Origin: Escherichia coli | GTDB lineage: Bacteria; Pseudomonadota; Gammaproteobacteria; Enterobacterales; Enterobacteriaceae | Strand: one strand, 5' to 3' | DNA: 64,000 bases | NCBI RefSeq assembly: GCF_013122565.1 | Contig: NZ_CP053258.1 | In this document: piece by piece, positions 12,613 through 23,447 of the stretch | How the letters are laid out: each line of letters starts with the position of its first letter | Position numbering within the stretch: the first letter of the stretch is position 1 | Made by a program: the position numbers and the translations under genes | Notes under the pieces: model-generated | Told to the model about the DNA's origin: nothing | The model's database searches: none | Seen by the model: only the letters and a program-made list of their open reading frames with translations

Positions 12613-15155
12613 GATTTCACCTGCGACGCGGGAACATATTCGCACTGCGCCACCATCTCCACGGGGCCGTTAAACGCCGTCACCTGCTCCACTGTTCCGT
12701 TGTACTTCTCAATTTCCACCAGCGTAGTGTGCGCACTGGTCGCCTGCGCCAGCTGCGAAGTACCGATGTCGATGGTCAACACGTTGGGGTTACCGTATTT
12801 GCACAGCGCACCAGGCTCGCCGCCTTTATCTGGATCGTACCATGCCCCTTCGTGAATTCGTGCCACGCCGGGTGCATAGCGGTCAGAAACCACTGCCCCT
12901 GCCAACACCTGACCGCGAGCGTTAAAGACGCGTACCACATCACCGTGACGAATACCGCGCGCGCTGGCATCCTGCGGGTTAATGAACACTGGCTCTTTAC
13001 CCGCTACCGTATATTGCTGACGCAGCGTTTCCGACTCACATAACTGCGAGTGAAGTCGAAAATCCGGATGCACAGATTGCAGATGCAACGGATACTTCTG
13101 CGAGCCTGGCCCACCGTGGGAGCGTTCGATTTTCTCAAACCACATCGGATGCCCCTGACAATCGTCGTAGTTCATATCGGCGATGGTTTTCGAGTAGATC
13201 TCAATCAGGCCACTCGGCGTGCCCAGCGGTTCGAGATCCGGATCTTCGCGGAATGCCTGGTGGCGAACAAACATCTGCGGATGGTCAAACTCGACGTACT
13301 CTTTGTTATTCCAGAAGTCATCAAACGCTGGCAGATGAACGCCGCGTCCTTTGCCTTGTTGTACACCTTCCTGCCAGATGCGTTTCAGCCAGCCCATTTC
13401 GTCCAGCCCTTCGGTAAAGGCTTCTTCGCGATTAAAGCGACGGCACAGCTCGCGGAAAATATCAAAGTCGTTGCGCGCCTCGAACTGCGGCGGCACCACC
13501 TGTTTCATGGCGATAATGCCACGGTTGGAGTGGTTGCCGTACTGGTCGAGATCGTTACGCTCAAACTGCGTGGTCGCAGGCAGCACGATATCGGCAAAGC
13601 GGCAAGTTGAGGTCCACTGGTTATCTATGGCGATAACCGTTTCCAGCTTGCGCCAGCCTTCAATAATGCGGTTGATCTGCTGATGGCGATGGAATGGGTT
13701 AGTTCCGGCAAAAATACACATTTTCAGTGGCGGCAGTTTTACCGATTTACCGTTCCAGTTGATCACTTTCCCCGGTTCGAGGATCGCATCGATAAAACGG
13801 GCAATCGGAATGGTGCTGCTGTAGCCTTTGTAATCACTGTTGTCGTGAACAGGCGGAATCGACGTAGAGCCGGAGAAACCACTCAGAATAACGCCTTTAC
13901 GCCCCGGCGTGCCTGCGCCGTTATAGTGCCAGCCAAAACCAAAGCCACCACCTGGCAGGCCAATTTGCCCCAGCATCGCCGCCAGAACCACAATCATCCA
14001 CGCCCACTGTTCACCGTGCTGCATACGCTGTACGCACCAGCCAGCAATAATCTGCGTTCTGTTCGCCGCCATCTGGCGCGCCAGCCCACGAATGGTTTCG
14101 GCATCAATGCCGGTCAGTTTTTCAGCCCATGCGGCATCTTTCGGCTGACCGTCTTTCTCACCCAGCAGGTACGGCAGGAACTGCTCAAAACCTACACAGT
14201 AGTTAGCGAGGAAGTTTTTGTCGTACAGGTTTTCACTGTACAGCGTATACGCCAGCGCCAGTTGCAGCGGCACGTCAGTTTGCGGGTTAACCGCTATGTG
14301 CTTCACATGCTCGCGCCCCAGATACTCATGGGTGGATGTGACAACCGGATCGATGCTGATGACCTCAATTTCACCGGCGGCGACTTTCGCTTTTAGCTGC
14401 TCGTAATATTCATAAACATCGTGATCCGGGCACCACCAGTTCGCTTGCTGGTTTTTCAGCAAATCGGAGCCCCACAGCACAATGGTTTTGCTGTTCTGCA
14501 ATACCAGCGGCCAGGAGGTTTGCTGTTCATACACTTCCATTGAGCCAACCACGCGCGGCAGGATCACCTGCGCAGCACCGGTAGAGTAATCTCCGCCCGT
14601 ACCAACGCTATTACCATGCAAGGCAATAGCTTTCGCCAGCATCCCCGAAGCGTTATGGAACATCCCCGTCGATTGCCAACCACTGGCGGTCAGCAAGGCA
14701 CTCGGCCCGTGAGTTTTCTGTACGCGTTCCAGTTCTTCATAGAACATGTCGAGGGCTTCATCCCAAATCACGCGCACAAAACGGTTATCACCGCGCTGGG
14801 AGGTATCGCTGAGATGGCGCTTACGCAGCCAGTCCACGCGTACCATCGGATAACGAATACGCGCCGCGTTGTGTACGTGATCCGGCAATCCGGCAATCAT
14901 TTTCGAGGGATATTTATCCAGTTCGAACGGTTTTGCCGCCACAAAGCGACCATCCTTCACCGTCGCGCGGATAGCCCCCCAGTGCGACCCGGTAAGAATG
15001 CCCTCTTTCGAGATGACAGCCTCAGTCGCCGCTTGCGCCGCAGTCGCACGGCGCGGCGTTAACAATGACGGCCCCAGCATCCCGGCGACGGTTAAGCCGC
15101 CGAGTTGTGCCAGAAAACGCCGACGTGATGCCTGAAAGAGATCGTTATTGTTCAT
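12609..15155 (-). CDS. torA: Trimethylamine-N-oxide reductase TorA (periplasmic molybdoenzyme)
   Basis: 848 aa [32 protein letters not shown]... with twin-arginine signal. Confidence 0.96.
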
Positions 15156-16327
15156 TATTTTTCTTCCTTCTTATCGCCGTGAGCCTTACCTGCGGTGTCA
15201 GACGCATTCATTTGCAGATATTTCAACAAGGTGCGTTCTTCACGTTTATCGAGGCTGGTAAAGCCAATCATGCCGTTGAGCGTGCCAATCCAGCCGTTAG
15301 CGTCAAAGTGAGAGATTTCCGGTGCGCCGTGGCACTGGTTACAGGTGCCGTTGTACAGCGAATCAGCATAAGCCCAGATCGGTTTGATATCGTTCACCAT
15401 GTCGCCTTTCTTCATCCACGCAGTGGCCTGCAACTTGCTCCACTCGGTATTGGTGTCGGCAACGGTGGTTTTCTCCAGCGTTTTCACCTGCTGCTGCACA
15501 TCACCACGAATCGAGGCAACAAAGATGCGTTTACCTGGGAATTGGGTGAGTACACGCTGACGTCCGGCACTTTCTGTCCAGCCGGTAATTTCAATTTGCA
15601 GCCAGTCGCCGTCACGTTTAAGGACTTTCACTTCCGAAGCAGGCAGCAGAGAACCAGAGGCTTCTTTATCACCTTTCGCCGCATAAATCGGCTTAATATC
15701 AATAGAGTACAGCGTGTCACCACTGTCATTAGCACTGGCGCGCAGCTCATCGAACTGCTTACGGAAGCCGCTACTCATATCCGGCAACTGGTGGGCAATA
15801 CCTTTATGACAGTCGATGCAGGATTGATTATCTTTCGCTGCCACCTTCATCTGACGTGCCGCTTCAGGATGCTGCTTCGCATGATCCATCGCGTCGTAGT
15901 TATGGCAGGAGCGGCAGGTTGCCGAGTTGTTTTCTTTCATTCGCGCCCATTCACGCTCGGCAAGTTCCGCGCGTTTGGCTTCGAATTTTTCAGGTGTATC
16001 AATGGAGTGAGCAATAAAGGTCTGGTAGATATCATTGCTCGCTTCCAGTTTGCGCTTCACCATGCCTGGAATATCCGGCGGGATATGACAGTCATGGCAT
16101 TCAGCTCGCACGCCGGAGGCGTTCTGGAAATGCACCGACTGTTTATATTCTTCATACACCGGTTGCATACTGTGGCAACTGACACAAAATTCGGTTGTGC
16201 TGGTGACTTTGATCCCAACGTGTGGCAATACAATCAGCGCAATGCCAATCACAATCCCAATAGCGACCAGCGCCAGTACCGACCAACGAGCACTGGGTCG
16301 GCGTAGCGCGTTCCAGAGTTTCCGCAT
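15155..16327 (-). CDS. torC: Pentaheme c-type cytochrome TorC
   Basis: MRKLWNALRRPSARWSVLALVAIG...; five CxxCH motifs (CVSCH, CHDCH, CRSCH, CIDCH, CNQCH). Confidence 0.94.
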   Translation of the reverse strand: MRKLWNALRRPSARWSVLALVAIGIVIGIALIVLPHVGIKVTSTTEFCVSCHSMQPVYEEYKQSVHFQNASGVRAECHDCHIPPDIPGMVKRKLEASNDIYQTFIAHSIDTPEKFEAKRAELAEREWARMKENNSATCRSCHNYDAMDHAKQHPEAARQMKVAAKDNQSCIDCHKGIAHQLPDMSSGFRKQFDELRASANDSGDTLYSIDIKPIYAAKGDKEASGSLLPASEVKVLKRDGDWLQIEITGWTESAGRQRVLTQFPGKRIFVASIRGDVQQQVKTLEKTTVADTNTEWSKLQATAWMKKGDMVNDIKPIWAYADSLYNGTCNQCHGAPEISHFDANGWIGTLNGMIGFTSLDKREERTLLKYLQMNASDTAGKAHGDKKEEK

Positions 16328-16375
16328 AATAGCCCCTGTAAAATTATGGTTTAGTGAAGCGATCTTAATGAGCAA

Positions 16376-16438
16376 ATATGAACAGCGGCACTGGTCAGCA
16401 TGAACGGCTTACGGCAGAATATGAACAGATATGAACAG
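16376..16438 (-). promoter_or_regulatory. TorR binding sites (tor boxes) in torC promoter
   Basis: Decamer ATATGAACAG (CTGTTCATAT on torC strand) at 16376-16385, 16419-16428, 16429-16438 plus degenerate copy near 16398-16407. Confidence 0.8.
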
Positions 16439-16456
16439 AATGAGTAAAACCCTCTG

Positions 16457-17149
16457 ATGCCACATCACATTGTTATTGTTGAAGATGAGCCGGTTACCCA
16501 GGCGCGATTACAATCCTACTTCACTCAGGAGGGGTATACCGTTTCCGTTACGGCGAGCGGTGCCGGGCTACGGGAAATTATGCAGAATCAGCCGGTGGAT
16601 TTAATTCTGCTGGATATCAACTTGCCCGATGAAAATGGCCTGATGTTAACCCGCGCCCTGCGAGAACGCTCAACGGTGGGGATTATTCTGGTTACCGGAC
16701 GCAGCGATCGGATTGACCGTATTGTCGGGCTGGAAATGGGCGCAGACGATTACGTCACCAAACCGCTGGAACTGCGCGAACTGGTAGTACGGGTGAAAAA
16801 TCTGCTCTGGCGAATCGACCTCGCGCGACAGGCGCAACCGCACACTCAGGACAACTGCTATCGCTTTGCGGGTTATTGCCTGAATGTGTCGCGCCATACG
16901 CTGGAGCGGGATGGCGAGCCGATTAAACTGACCCGCGCAGAGTATGAAATGTTGGTGGCATTTGTGACCAATCCGGGCGAAATTCTCAGCCGTGAACGTC
17001 TGCTGCGTATGCTCTCTGCGCGTCGGGTGGAAAACCCTGACCTGCGCACCGTCGATGTGTTAATTCGTCGTTTACGCCATAAACTCAGCGCGGATTTACT
17101 GGTGACGCAACATGGCGAAGGTTATTTCTTAGCCGCTGATGTGTGCTGA
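16457..17149 (+). CDS. torR: Response regulator TorR (OmpR family)
   Basis: 230 aa MPHHIVIVEDEPVTQARLQSYFTQEGYTVSV... Confidence 0.95.
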   Translation: MPHHIVIVEDEPVTQARLQSYFTQEGYTVSVTASGAGLREIMQNQPVDLILLDINLPDENGLMLTRALRERSTVGIILVTGRSDRIDRIVGLEMGADDYVTKPLELRELVVRVKNLLWRIDLARQAQPHTQDNCYRFAGYCLNVSRHTLERDGEPIKLTRAEYEMLVAFVTNPGEILSRERLLRMLSARRVENPDLRTVDVLIRRLRHKLSADLLVTQHGEGYFLAADVC

Positions 17150-18150
17150 TAAAAATAGACCGGACGAAATCCCCCTGGCGACAGCGAGCGGCGGATATGT
17201 TCACGGTCGGCATTTTTCGGCGTCAGAACTAAAATCGGTGGGCTGACATTATCAGACACCGGTTGCCCCTGTAATTGCCTGATGGCTTGCTCAACCGCCA
17301 GTTCCCCCTGCCAGACCATTTGATCGCTGGCAGCCATAATCACTCTTCCCCGCTTCAGCCCGCGATACACCTGATGTGAAAGATAAAACGACACCACGGT
17401 AAGCGGCGTTTTCAGGTTACGCCCTTCCCCCATTGCCGCCTCTGCCGCAATGGCCGTTCCGGCAACGACGTCGATTTCTGGATGGCGTTCCAGCATCTCC
17501 TGCAACAGGTTACGCTGGATTTCAATATCGTTATCACCAAGCGCAATATCAACAATACGCACCGGGCTTCCGGCAATGGCTGCGCGAAAACCCTCGACCA
17601 TCTCTTTACTGCCCCCGGCGTTATCGGGTCCGGGCATCAACAGCACGTTCAGTGGTTTACCGTGCGCCCATTGCACCAAATATCGCCCAGGTTGATAGCC
17701 CATCTGAAACCAGGGCACACCAACGCGGCTTTTCACCTGGGGATCATCAAGAGCATTTACCAGTTCGATCACCGGCAGATTTGCTACCTGCTTTTGCAGA
17801 TCGGGAAATGAGGTCGTGCTACTACCGAGTAAAATGGCCTCTGCGCCCCACTGTTTACACTGGTCGATTTGTGCTTGCTGGGTAGCCAACTGGCTGTAGC
17901 CGCCTGCCTCCAGCACTTTTAAATCCACACCGTAGCGGCGAGCAGCCTCCTGCATACCATAGTTCAACGATAACCAGTATGAATCTTTCAGGCTGGGATA
18001 AAGCGCGCACAGTTTCCATGCGCGTTTGGCTTTAAGCGGCATAGAGGCTTGCACCGTGAAATGCTGCGCATCATGCCAGCGCAACAGGTTATCAGCCGAA
18101 AATGCCGGCAACATGAAAAGGGAAAGAAGTAAAAATAGCAGTACGCGCAT
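17122..18150 (-). CDS. torT: Periplasmic TMAO-binding protein TorT
   Basis: 342 aa [31 protein letters not shown]...; 3' end overlaps torR 3' end. Confidence 0.94.
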   Translation of the reverse strand: MRVLLFLLLSLFMLPAFSADNLLRWHDAQHFTVQASMPLKAKRAWKLCALYPSLKDSYWLSLNYGMQEAARRYGVDLKVLEAGGYSQLATQQAQIDQCKQWGAEAILLGSSTTSFPDLQKQVANLPVIELVNALDDPQVKSRVGVPWFQMGYQPGRYLVQWAHGKPLNVLLMPGPDNAGGSKEMVEGFRAAIAGSPVRIVDIALGDNDIEIQRNLLQEMLERHPEIDVVAGTAIAAEAAMGEGRNLKTPLTVVSFYLSHQVYRGLKRGRVIMAASDQMVWQGELAVEQAIRQLQGQPVSDNVSPPILVLTPKNADREHIRRSLSPGGFRPVYFYQHTSAAKK

Positions 18151-18232
18151 GATAGCCTCATCAATAATAAGGCTTTATGCTAGATGCATTCCGCTTTGCG
18201 ACTCAACATTTTTCACCTTAAGTGCACCGACC

Positions 18233-20977
18233 GTGAATTTAACCCTGACCCGAAGACTCTGGATGGGCTTTGCCCTGATGGCGCTGTTAACCCTGACCAG
18301 TACCCTGGTGGGATGGTACAACCTGCGCTTTATCAGCCAGGTGGAAAAAGACAACACTCAGGCATTGATTCCTACCATGAATATGGCACGCCAGTTGAGC
18401 GAAGCCAGCGCCTGGGAACTTTTCGCCGCGCAGAACCTGACCAGTGCCGATAACGAAAAGATGTGGCAGGCGCAGGGGCGAATGCTCACCGCACAAAGCC
18501 TGAAGATTAATGCGTTGCTGCAAGCGTTACGGGAACAAGGTTTTGATACCACCGCTATTGAACAACAGGAGCAGGAGATCTCCCGTTCGTTACGTCAGCA
18601 AGGGGAACTGGTGGGGCAGCGTTTGCAACTGCGCCAGCAACAACAGCGACTCAGTCAGCAGATAGTCGCCGCCGCCGATGAGATCGCACGCCTGGCGCAA
18701 GGTCAGGCGAATAATGCGGCAACCTCCGCCGGAGCGACCCAGGCCGGGATTTACGATTTGATCGAACAAGATCAGCGTCAGGCTGCTGAAAGTGCACTCG
18801 ATCGGCTGATTGATATCGATCTTGAGTATGTTAACCAGATGAATGAACTGCGCCTTAGCGCTCTGCGGGTGCAGCAAATGGTGATGAATCTGGGGCTGGA
18901 GCAGATCCAGAAAAATGCACCAACGCTGGAAAAGCAGCTCAATAATGCGGTGAAAATTCTGCAACGTCGGCAAATACGCATTGAAGATCCGGGAGTTCGT
19001 GCGCAGGTCGCAACAACGTTAACTACCGTTAGCCAATATAGCGATCTGTTGGCGCTGTTCCAGCAGGACAGTGAAATCAGCAATCACCTGCAAACTCTCG
19101 CCCAAAATAATATCGCCCAGTTCGCGCAGTTTAGTAGCGAAGTCAGTCAGCTGGTCGACACCATTGAGCTGCGCAATAAGCATGGACTGGCGCATCTGGA
19201 AAAAGCCAGTGCACGCGGGCAATACAGCCTGTTATTGCTGGGGATGGTTTCACTTTGCGCACTGATTCTGATCCTCTGGCGCGTGGTTTATCGCTCAGTC
19301 ACGCGTCCACTTGCCGAACAAACGCAGGCGCTGCAACGCTTACTGGACGGTGATATCGACTCCCCTTTCCCGGAAACCGCTGGCGTACGGGAGCTGGATA
19401 CCATCGGGCGGCTGATGGATGCGTTTCGCAGCAGTGTTCATGCACTGAATAGCCACCGCGAACAGCTGGCGGCGCAGGTCAAAGCGCGTACAGCTGAATT
19501 GCAGGAACTGGTGATAGAACACCGACAGGCACGGGCGGAAGCAGAAAAAGCCAGCCAGGCAAAATCGGCGTTTCTGGCGGCGATGAGCCATGAGATCCGC
19601 ACACCGCTGTACGGTATTCTCGGCACCGCACAGCTACTGGCAGATAACCCCACACTTAACGCCCAGCGTGATGATTTGCGGGCAATTACTGACTCTGGTG
19701 AATCGTTGCTGACCATCCTCAACGATATTCTCGATTATTCCGCTATCGAAGCAGGTGGCAAGAATGTTTCGGTCAGCGATGAGCCCTTTGAACCGCGCCC
19801 GCTGCTGGAAAGTACCCTGCAATTAATGAGCGGACGGGTGAAAGATCGCCCGATTCGCCTGGCAACGGCAATTGCCGATGATGTACCGAGCGCGTTAATG
19901 GGCGATCCGCGACGTATTCGTCAGGTTATAACCAACCTGTTGAGCAACGCCCTGCGTTTTACTGACGAAGGGCAGATCGTTTTACGTAGCCGCACTGATG
20001 GCGAGCAATGGCTGGTCGAAGTGGAAGACAGCGGCTGCGGTATTGATCCCGCGAAACTGGCAGAAATCTTCCAGCCATTTGTGCAGGTAAGCGGCAAACG
20101 CGGCGGCACCGGGCTGGGGCTGACTATCAGTAGCCGTCTGGCCCAGGCGATGGGCGGCGAACTGAGCGCCACCAGCACGCCGGAGGTTGGAAGCTGTTTT
20201 TGTTTACGCTTGCCGTTACGTGTTGCCACGGCACCCGTGCCAAAAACAGTCAATCAGGCGGTACGTCTTGACGGTTTACGTTTGCTGTTAATTGAAGATA
20301 ACCCGCTAACCCAGCGAATTACCGTTGAGATGCTGAACACCAGTGGTGCGCAGGTTGTTGCTGTTGGCAATGCCGCGCAGGCTTTAGAGACACTGCAAAA
20401 TAGCGAACCGTTTGCTGCCGCACTGGTGGATTTTGATCTGCCGGATATCGACGGCATTACGCTTGCCCGACAACTGGCACAGCAATATCCGTCGCTGGTT
20501 TTGATTGGCTTTAGCGCCCATGTCATTGACGAAACGCTGCGCCAGCGTACCAGTTCATTATTCCGCGGGATTATCCCTAAACCGGTGCCGCGTGAAGTGC
20601 TCGGTCAGTTACTGGCGCACTATCTCCAACTGCAAGTCAATAACGATCAATCGCTGGATGTATCGCAACTCAATGAAGATGCTCAGTTAATGGGGACGGA
20701 GAAGATCCACGAATGGCTGGTATTATTTACACAACATGCCCTGCCGCTTCTCGATGAAATCGACATTGCCCGCGCCAGTCAGGATAGCGAGAAAATAAAG
20801 CGTGCCGCGCATCAGCTAAAAAGCAGTTGCTCGAGTCTGGGAATGCGTATCGCCAGCCAGCTATGCGCACAACTGGAGCAGCAGCCATTATCTGCCCCCC
20901 TTCCACACGAAGAAATTACACGCAGTGTTGCCGCTCTTGAAGCATGGTTGCATAAGAAAGACCTGAACGCGATTTGA
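18233..20977 (+). CDS. torS: Hybrid sensor kinase TorS
   Basis: 914 codons from GTG at 18233, (M)[22 protein letters not shown]...; HAMP, HisKA (MSHEIRTPL), ATPase, receiver and HPt regions. Confidence 0.9.
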   Translation: MNLTLTRRLWMGFALMALLTLTSTLVGWYNLRFISQVEKDNTQALIPTMNMARQLSEASAWELFAAQNLTSADNEKMWQAQGRMLTAQSLKINALLQALREQGFDTTAIEQQEQEISRSLRQQGELVGQRLQLRQQQQRLSQQIVAAADEIARLAQGQANNAATSAGATQAGIYDLIEQDQRQAAESALDRLIDIDLEYVNQMNELRLSALRVQQMVMNLGLEQIQKNAPTLEKQLNNAVKILQRRQIRIEDPGVRAQVATTLTTVSQYSDLLALFQQDSEISNHLQTLAQNNIAQFAQFSSEVSQLVDTIELRNKHGLAHLEKASARGQYSLLLLGMVSLCALILILWRVVYRSVTRPLAEQTQALQRLLDGDIDSPFPETAGVRELDTIGRLMDAFRSSVHALNSHREQLAAQVKARTAELQELVIEHRQARAEAEKASQAKSAFLAAMSHEIRTPLYGILGTAQLLADNPTLNAQRDDLRAITDSGESLLTILNDILDYSAIEAGGKNVSVSDEPFEPRPLLESTLQLMSGRVKDRPIRLATAIADDVPSALMGDPRRIRQVITNLLSNALRFTDEGQIVLRSRTDGEQWLVEVEDSGCGIDPAKLAEIFQPFVQVSGKRGGTGLGLTISSRLAQAMGGELSATSTPEVGSCFCLRLPLRVATAPVPKTVNQAVRLDGLRLLLIEDNPLTQRITVEMLNTSGAQVVAVGNAAQALETLQNSEPFAAALVDFDLPDIDGITLARQLAQQYPSLVLIGFSAHVIDETLRQRTSSLFRGIIPKPVPREVLGQLLAHYLQLQVNNDQSLDVSQLNEDAQLMGTEKIHEWLVLFTQHALPLLDEIDIARASQDSEKIKRAAHQLKSSCSSLGMRIASQLCAQLEQQPLSAPLPHEEITRSVAALEAWLHKKDLNAI

Positions 20978-21048
20978 ATCAATATCAGCCAGTTAAGAAC
21001 AACTAGAATAGTGGCATTTGGTATGCAACTTAACGGACTGGCAAAATC

Positions 21049-22122
21049 ATGGCAGAGAAAAAAAGAACCCGCTGGCAGCGGCGGCCAGGCACGACGGGCG
21101 GCAAATTACCGTGGAATGACTGGCGCAATGCCACGACCTGGCGTAAAGCGACGCAATTATTACTGTTGGCAATGAATATTTATATTGCCATCACGTTCTG
21201 GTATTGGGTGCGCTATTACGAAACGGCAAGTAGCACGACATTTGTCGCCAGACCGGGAGGTATCGAAGGCTGGCTACCGATTGCCGGTCTGATGAATCTG
21301 AAATATAGCCTTGCAACAGGTCAGTTACCGTCCGTCCACGCCGCCGCGATGCTGTTATTGGTCGCTTTTATCGTCATCAGTCTATTACTCAAAAAGGCCT
21401 TTTGCTCATGGTTATGCCCGGTTGGTACGCTTTCTGAATTAATCGGCGCTCTCGGTAACAAACTATTTGGTCGGCAATGTGTCCTTCCCCGCTGGCTGGA
21501 TATTCCTCTGCGCGGCGTGAAGTATTTGCTGTTGAGTTTTTTTCTCTATATCGCGTTATTGATGCCCGCTCAGGCGATTCACTATTTTATGTTGTCGCCC
21601 TACAGCGTGGTGATGGACGTTAAAATGCTCGATTTCTTTCGTCATATGGGGACCGCGACATTAATCAGCGTGACCGTTTTGCTGATTGCCAGCCTGTTTA
21701 TTCGCCATGCCTGGTGTCGTTATCTTTGCCCATATGGCGCGCTGATGGGCGTGGTTTCGCTATTATCGCCGTTTAAGATTCGTCGCAATGCCGAAAGTTG
21801 TATCGACTGTGGCAAATGCGCAAAAAATTGCCCATCACGGATCCCGGTCGATAAATTAATTCAGGTACGAACAGTGGAATGTACCGGCTGTATGACTTGC
21901 GTAGAGTCATGTCCGGTAGCCTCAACATTGACCTTTTCACTGCAAAAACCTGCAGCAAATAAAAAAGCCTTTGCGTTGTCTGGCTGGTTAATGACGCTAC
22001 TGGTTCTGGGGATTATGTTTGCGGTGATTGGTTACGCAATGTATGCGGGAGTATGGCAAAGCCCGGTGCCGGAGGAATTGTACCGACGCTTAATTCCACA
22101 AACGCCAATGATTGGTCACTAA
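21049..22122 (+). CDS. yccM: Polytopic membrane protein YccM with 4Fe-4S ferredoxin-type motifs
   Basis: 357 aa; CxxCP motifs (CSWLCPVG, CRYLCPYG) and 2x CxxCxxCxxxCP (CIDCGKCAKNCP, CTGCMTCVESCP). Confidence 0.88.
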   Translation: MAEKKRTRWQRRPGTTGGKLPWNDWRNATTWRKATQLLLLAMNIYIAITFWYWVRYYETASSTTFVARPGGIEGWLPIAGLMNLKYSLATGQLPSVHAAAMLLLVAFIVISLLLKKAFCSWLCPVGTLSELIGALGNKLFGRQCVLPRWLDIPLRGVKYLLLSFFLYIALLMPAQAIHYFMLSPYSVVMDVKMLDFFRHMGTATLISVTVLLIASLFIRHAWCRYLCPYGALMGVVSLLSPFKIRRNAESCIDCGKCAKNCPSRIPVDKLIQVRTVECTGCMTCVESCPVASTLTFSLQKPAANKKAFALSGWLMTLLVLGIMFAVIGYAMYAGVWQSPVPEELYRRLIPQTPMIGH

Positions 22123-22169
22123 ATTAGCAACAAGCGGAACATCACCTCGCACGGGTGATGTTCACAAAA

Positions 22170-22343
22170 TCACATTATTTTGATTTTGACATCATAACTT
22201 TCAAGCCCGGTCATTTTTTCTCGTGCGGTGAAGCGAATTTCAGAGACTTCTTTCCCTGTATTCTTGTTCAGCTCGGCGATTTTTTGCGCGATAAAGTCGG
22301 CGATTTCCGTTTCGGCTTGTTTTTTTAACTCTTCAATATTCAC
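22170..22343 (-). CDS. gnsA: GnsA (multicopy suppressor of secG/fabA phenotypes)
   Basis: Hand translation of reverse strand from GTG 22343: (M)NIEELKKQAETEIADFIAQKIAELNKNTGKEVSEIRFTAREKMTGLESYDVKIKIM; below the ORF track size cutoff. Confidence 0.8.
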   Translation of the reverse strand: MNIEELKKQAETEIADFIAQKIAELNKNTGKEVSEIRFTAREKMTGLESYDVKIKIM

Positions 22344-22563
22344 TGTTAACCTCGTCTGGTCTTGAAAGACAGCAACACGCCAGTAAGGTGTTGGTTCCCG
22401 GTACCCTGGTCAGGTAAGAAATGTTATAAGCCATCTCCCCGAAAGATTCAATAATCAACAGGTTATCGCTTACTATACATACAGCGTTGAAGAAAAATAA
22501 GGCAGATATAAAAAAGGCTCCACGAGGGAGCCTGATATTATTTTGTGAAATCCAGCGGCGCAT
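22333..22563 (-). CDS. ymcE: Annotated small ORF YmcE; coding status doubtful
   Basis: MRRWISQNNIRLPRGAFFISALFFFNAVCIVSDNLLIIESF... matches remembered ymcE; overlaps gnsA start and contains the cspG terminator hairpin. Confidence 0.4.
   Translation of the reverse strand: MRRWISQNNIRLPRGAFFISALFFFNAVCIVSDNLLIIESFGEMAYNISYLTRVPGTNTLLACCCLSRPDEVNSEY
22505..22532 (-). terminator. Intrinsic terminator downstream of cspG (minus strand)
   Basis: On minus strand GGCUCC-CUCGU-GGAGCC hairpin followed by UUUUUUAUAU. Confidence 0.5.
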
Positions 22564-22736
22564 GGTCAGTGCGTATTTGCAGCGCGACGTTATCAAAGGT
22601 GATCATCGTCGATTTACAAAAAATACACTTAGCGCCCAAAGGGTTTCGCTCCGTCACATCGAATGCCGATGTACGGTACTGTGAACCATGACAATATGGA
22701 CAGCGGAAATGGAGATGTTGAGTAATAACGGCAACC

Positions 22737-22949
22737 TTAGAGCGTAACAACGTTCGCTGCCGCGGGGCCACGTTGCCCCTGCTCAATAGAAAATTCAACT
22801 TTCTGATTTTCGTTCAGCGTGCGGAATTCATTGCTCTGGATGGCGGTGAAATGGACGAAAACGTCTTTGCTGCCATCATCAGGAGTGATAAAGCCAAAAC
22901 CTTTATCTGCGTTAAACCATTTTACTAAACCAGTCATTTTATTAGACAT
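22737..22949 (-). CDS. cspG: Cold shock protein CspG
   Basis: 70 aa [38 protein letters not shown]... Confidence 0.95.
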   Translation of the reverse strand: MSNKMTGLVKWFNADKGFGFITPDDGSKDVFVHFTAIQSNEFRTLNENQKVEFSIEQGQRGPAAANVVTL

Positions 22950-23234
22950 ATTTTACTTCCTTCATTTTGGGCCTTTCGGCAAACAGGGCTTTAATACAGA
23001 AACTACTTAGTGTTCAGGAGAGAGACTCAAAAGAAGGGGATAATGCCTGATAATGAGAACTGCTTTAGTAAACTACTTTGTATGCTGTCTGTCTTTCAAA
23101 CCGACGCAGCTATTAACGCATGATAATTGAGATTAAGCAAATTTTATTTTAGCCGTCCGGCGGTCTTAAATATCGCTGGCTTTATTTTATTAACCCCGTA
23201 TAGTGCAGCGCAGTATTTTCAGTAAGGAATTTGT

Positions 23235-23447
23235 TTGTCCCGTAAAATGACAGGAATTGTCAAAACCTTTGATCGCAAAAGCGGCAAAGGATTCATTATC
23301 CCCTCCGACGGTCGTAAAGAAGTCCAGGTCCATATTTCCGCATTCACTCCCCGCGACGCAGAAGTGCTTATACCAGGATTACGCGTGGAATTTTGTCGCG
23401 TAAATGGCCTGCGAGGACCAACAGCGGCAAATGTTTATTTGTCTTGA
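23235..23447 (+). CDS. cspH: CspA-family protein CspH
   Basis: 70 aa (TTG start) [37 protein letters not shown]... Confidence 0.88.

Noticed and set aside
15065-16306. Long antisense ORFs inside known genes, for example 413 aa on + strand opposite torC, 13683-14396 opposite torA, 32261-33124 opposite hyaA, 55868-56479 opposite rlmL, 28990-29637 opposite hyaD, 10992-11561 opposite cbpA
   Set aside because: Shadow ORFs on the opposite strand of strongly supported genes; low-complexity translations with no recognisable motifs.
22487-22798. Overlapping 65-aa (+) and 86-aa (-) ORFs in the cspG-gnsA interval
   Set aside because: They span the cspG 3' UTR/terminator and have no motifs or ribosome-binding site; most likely non-coding.
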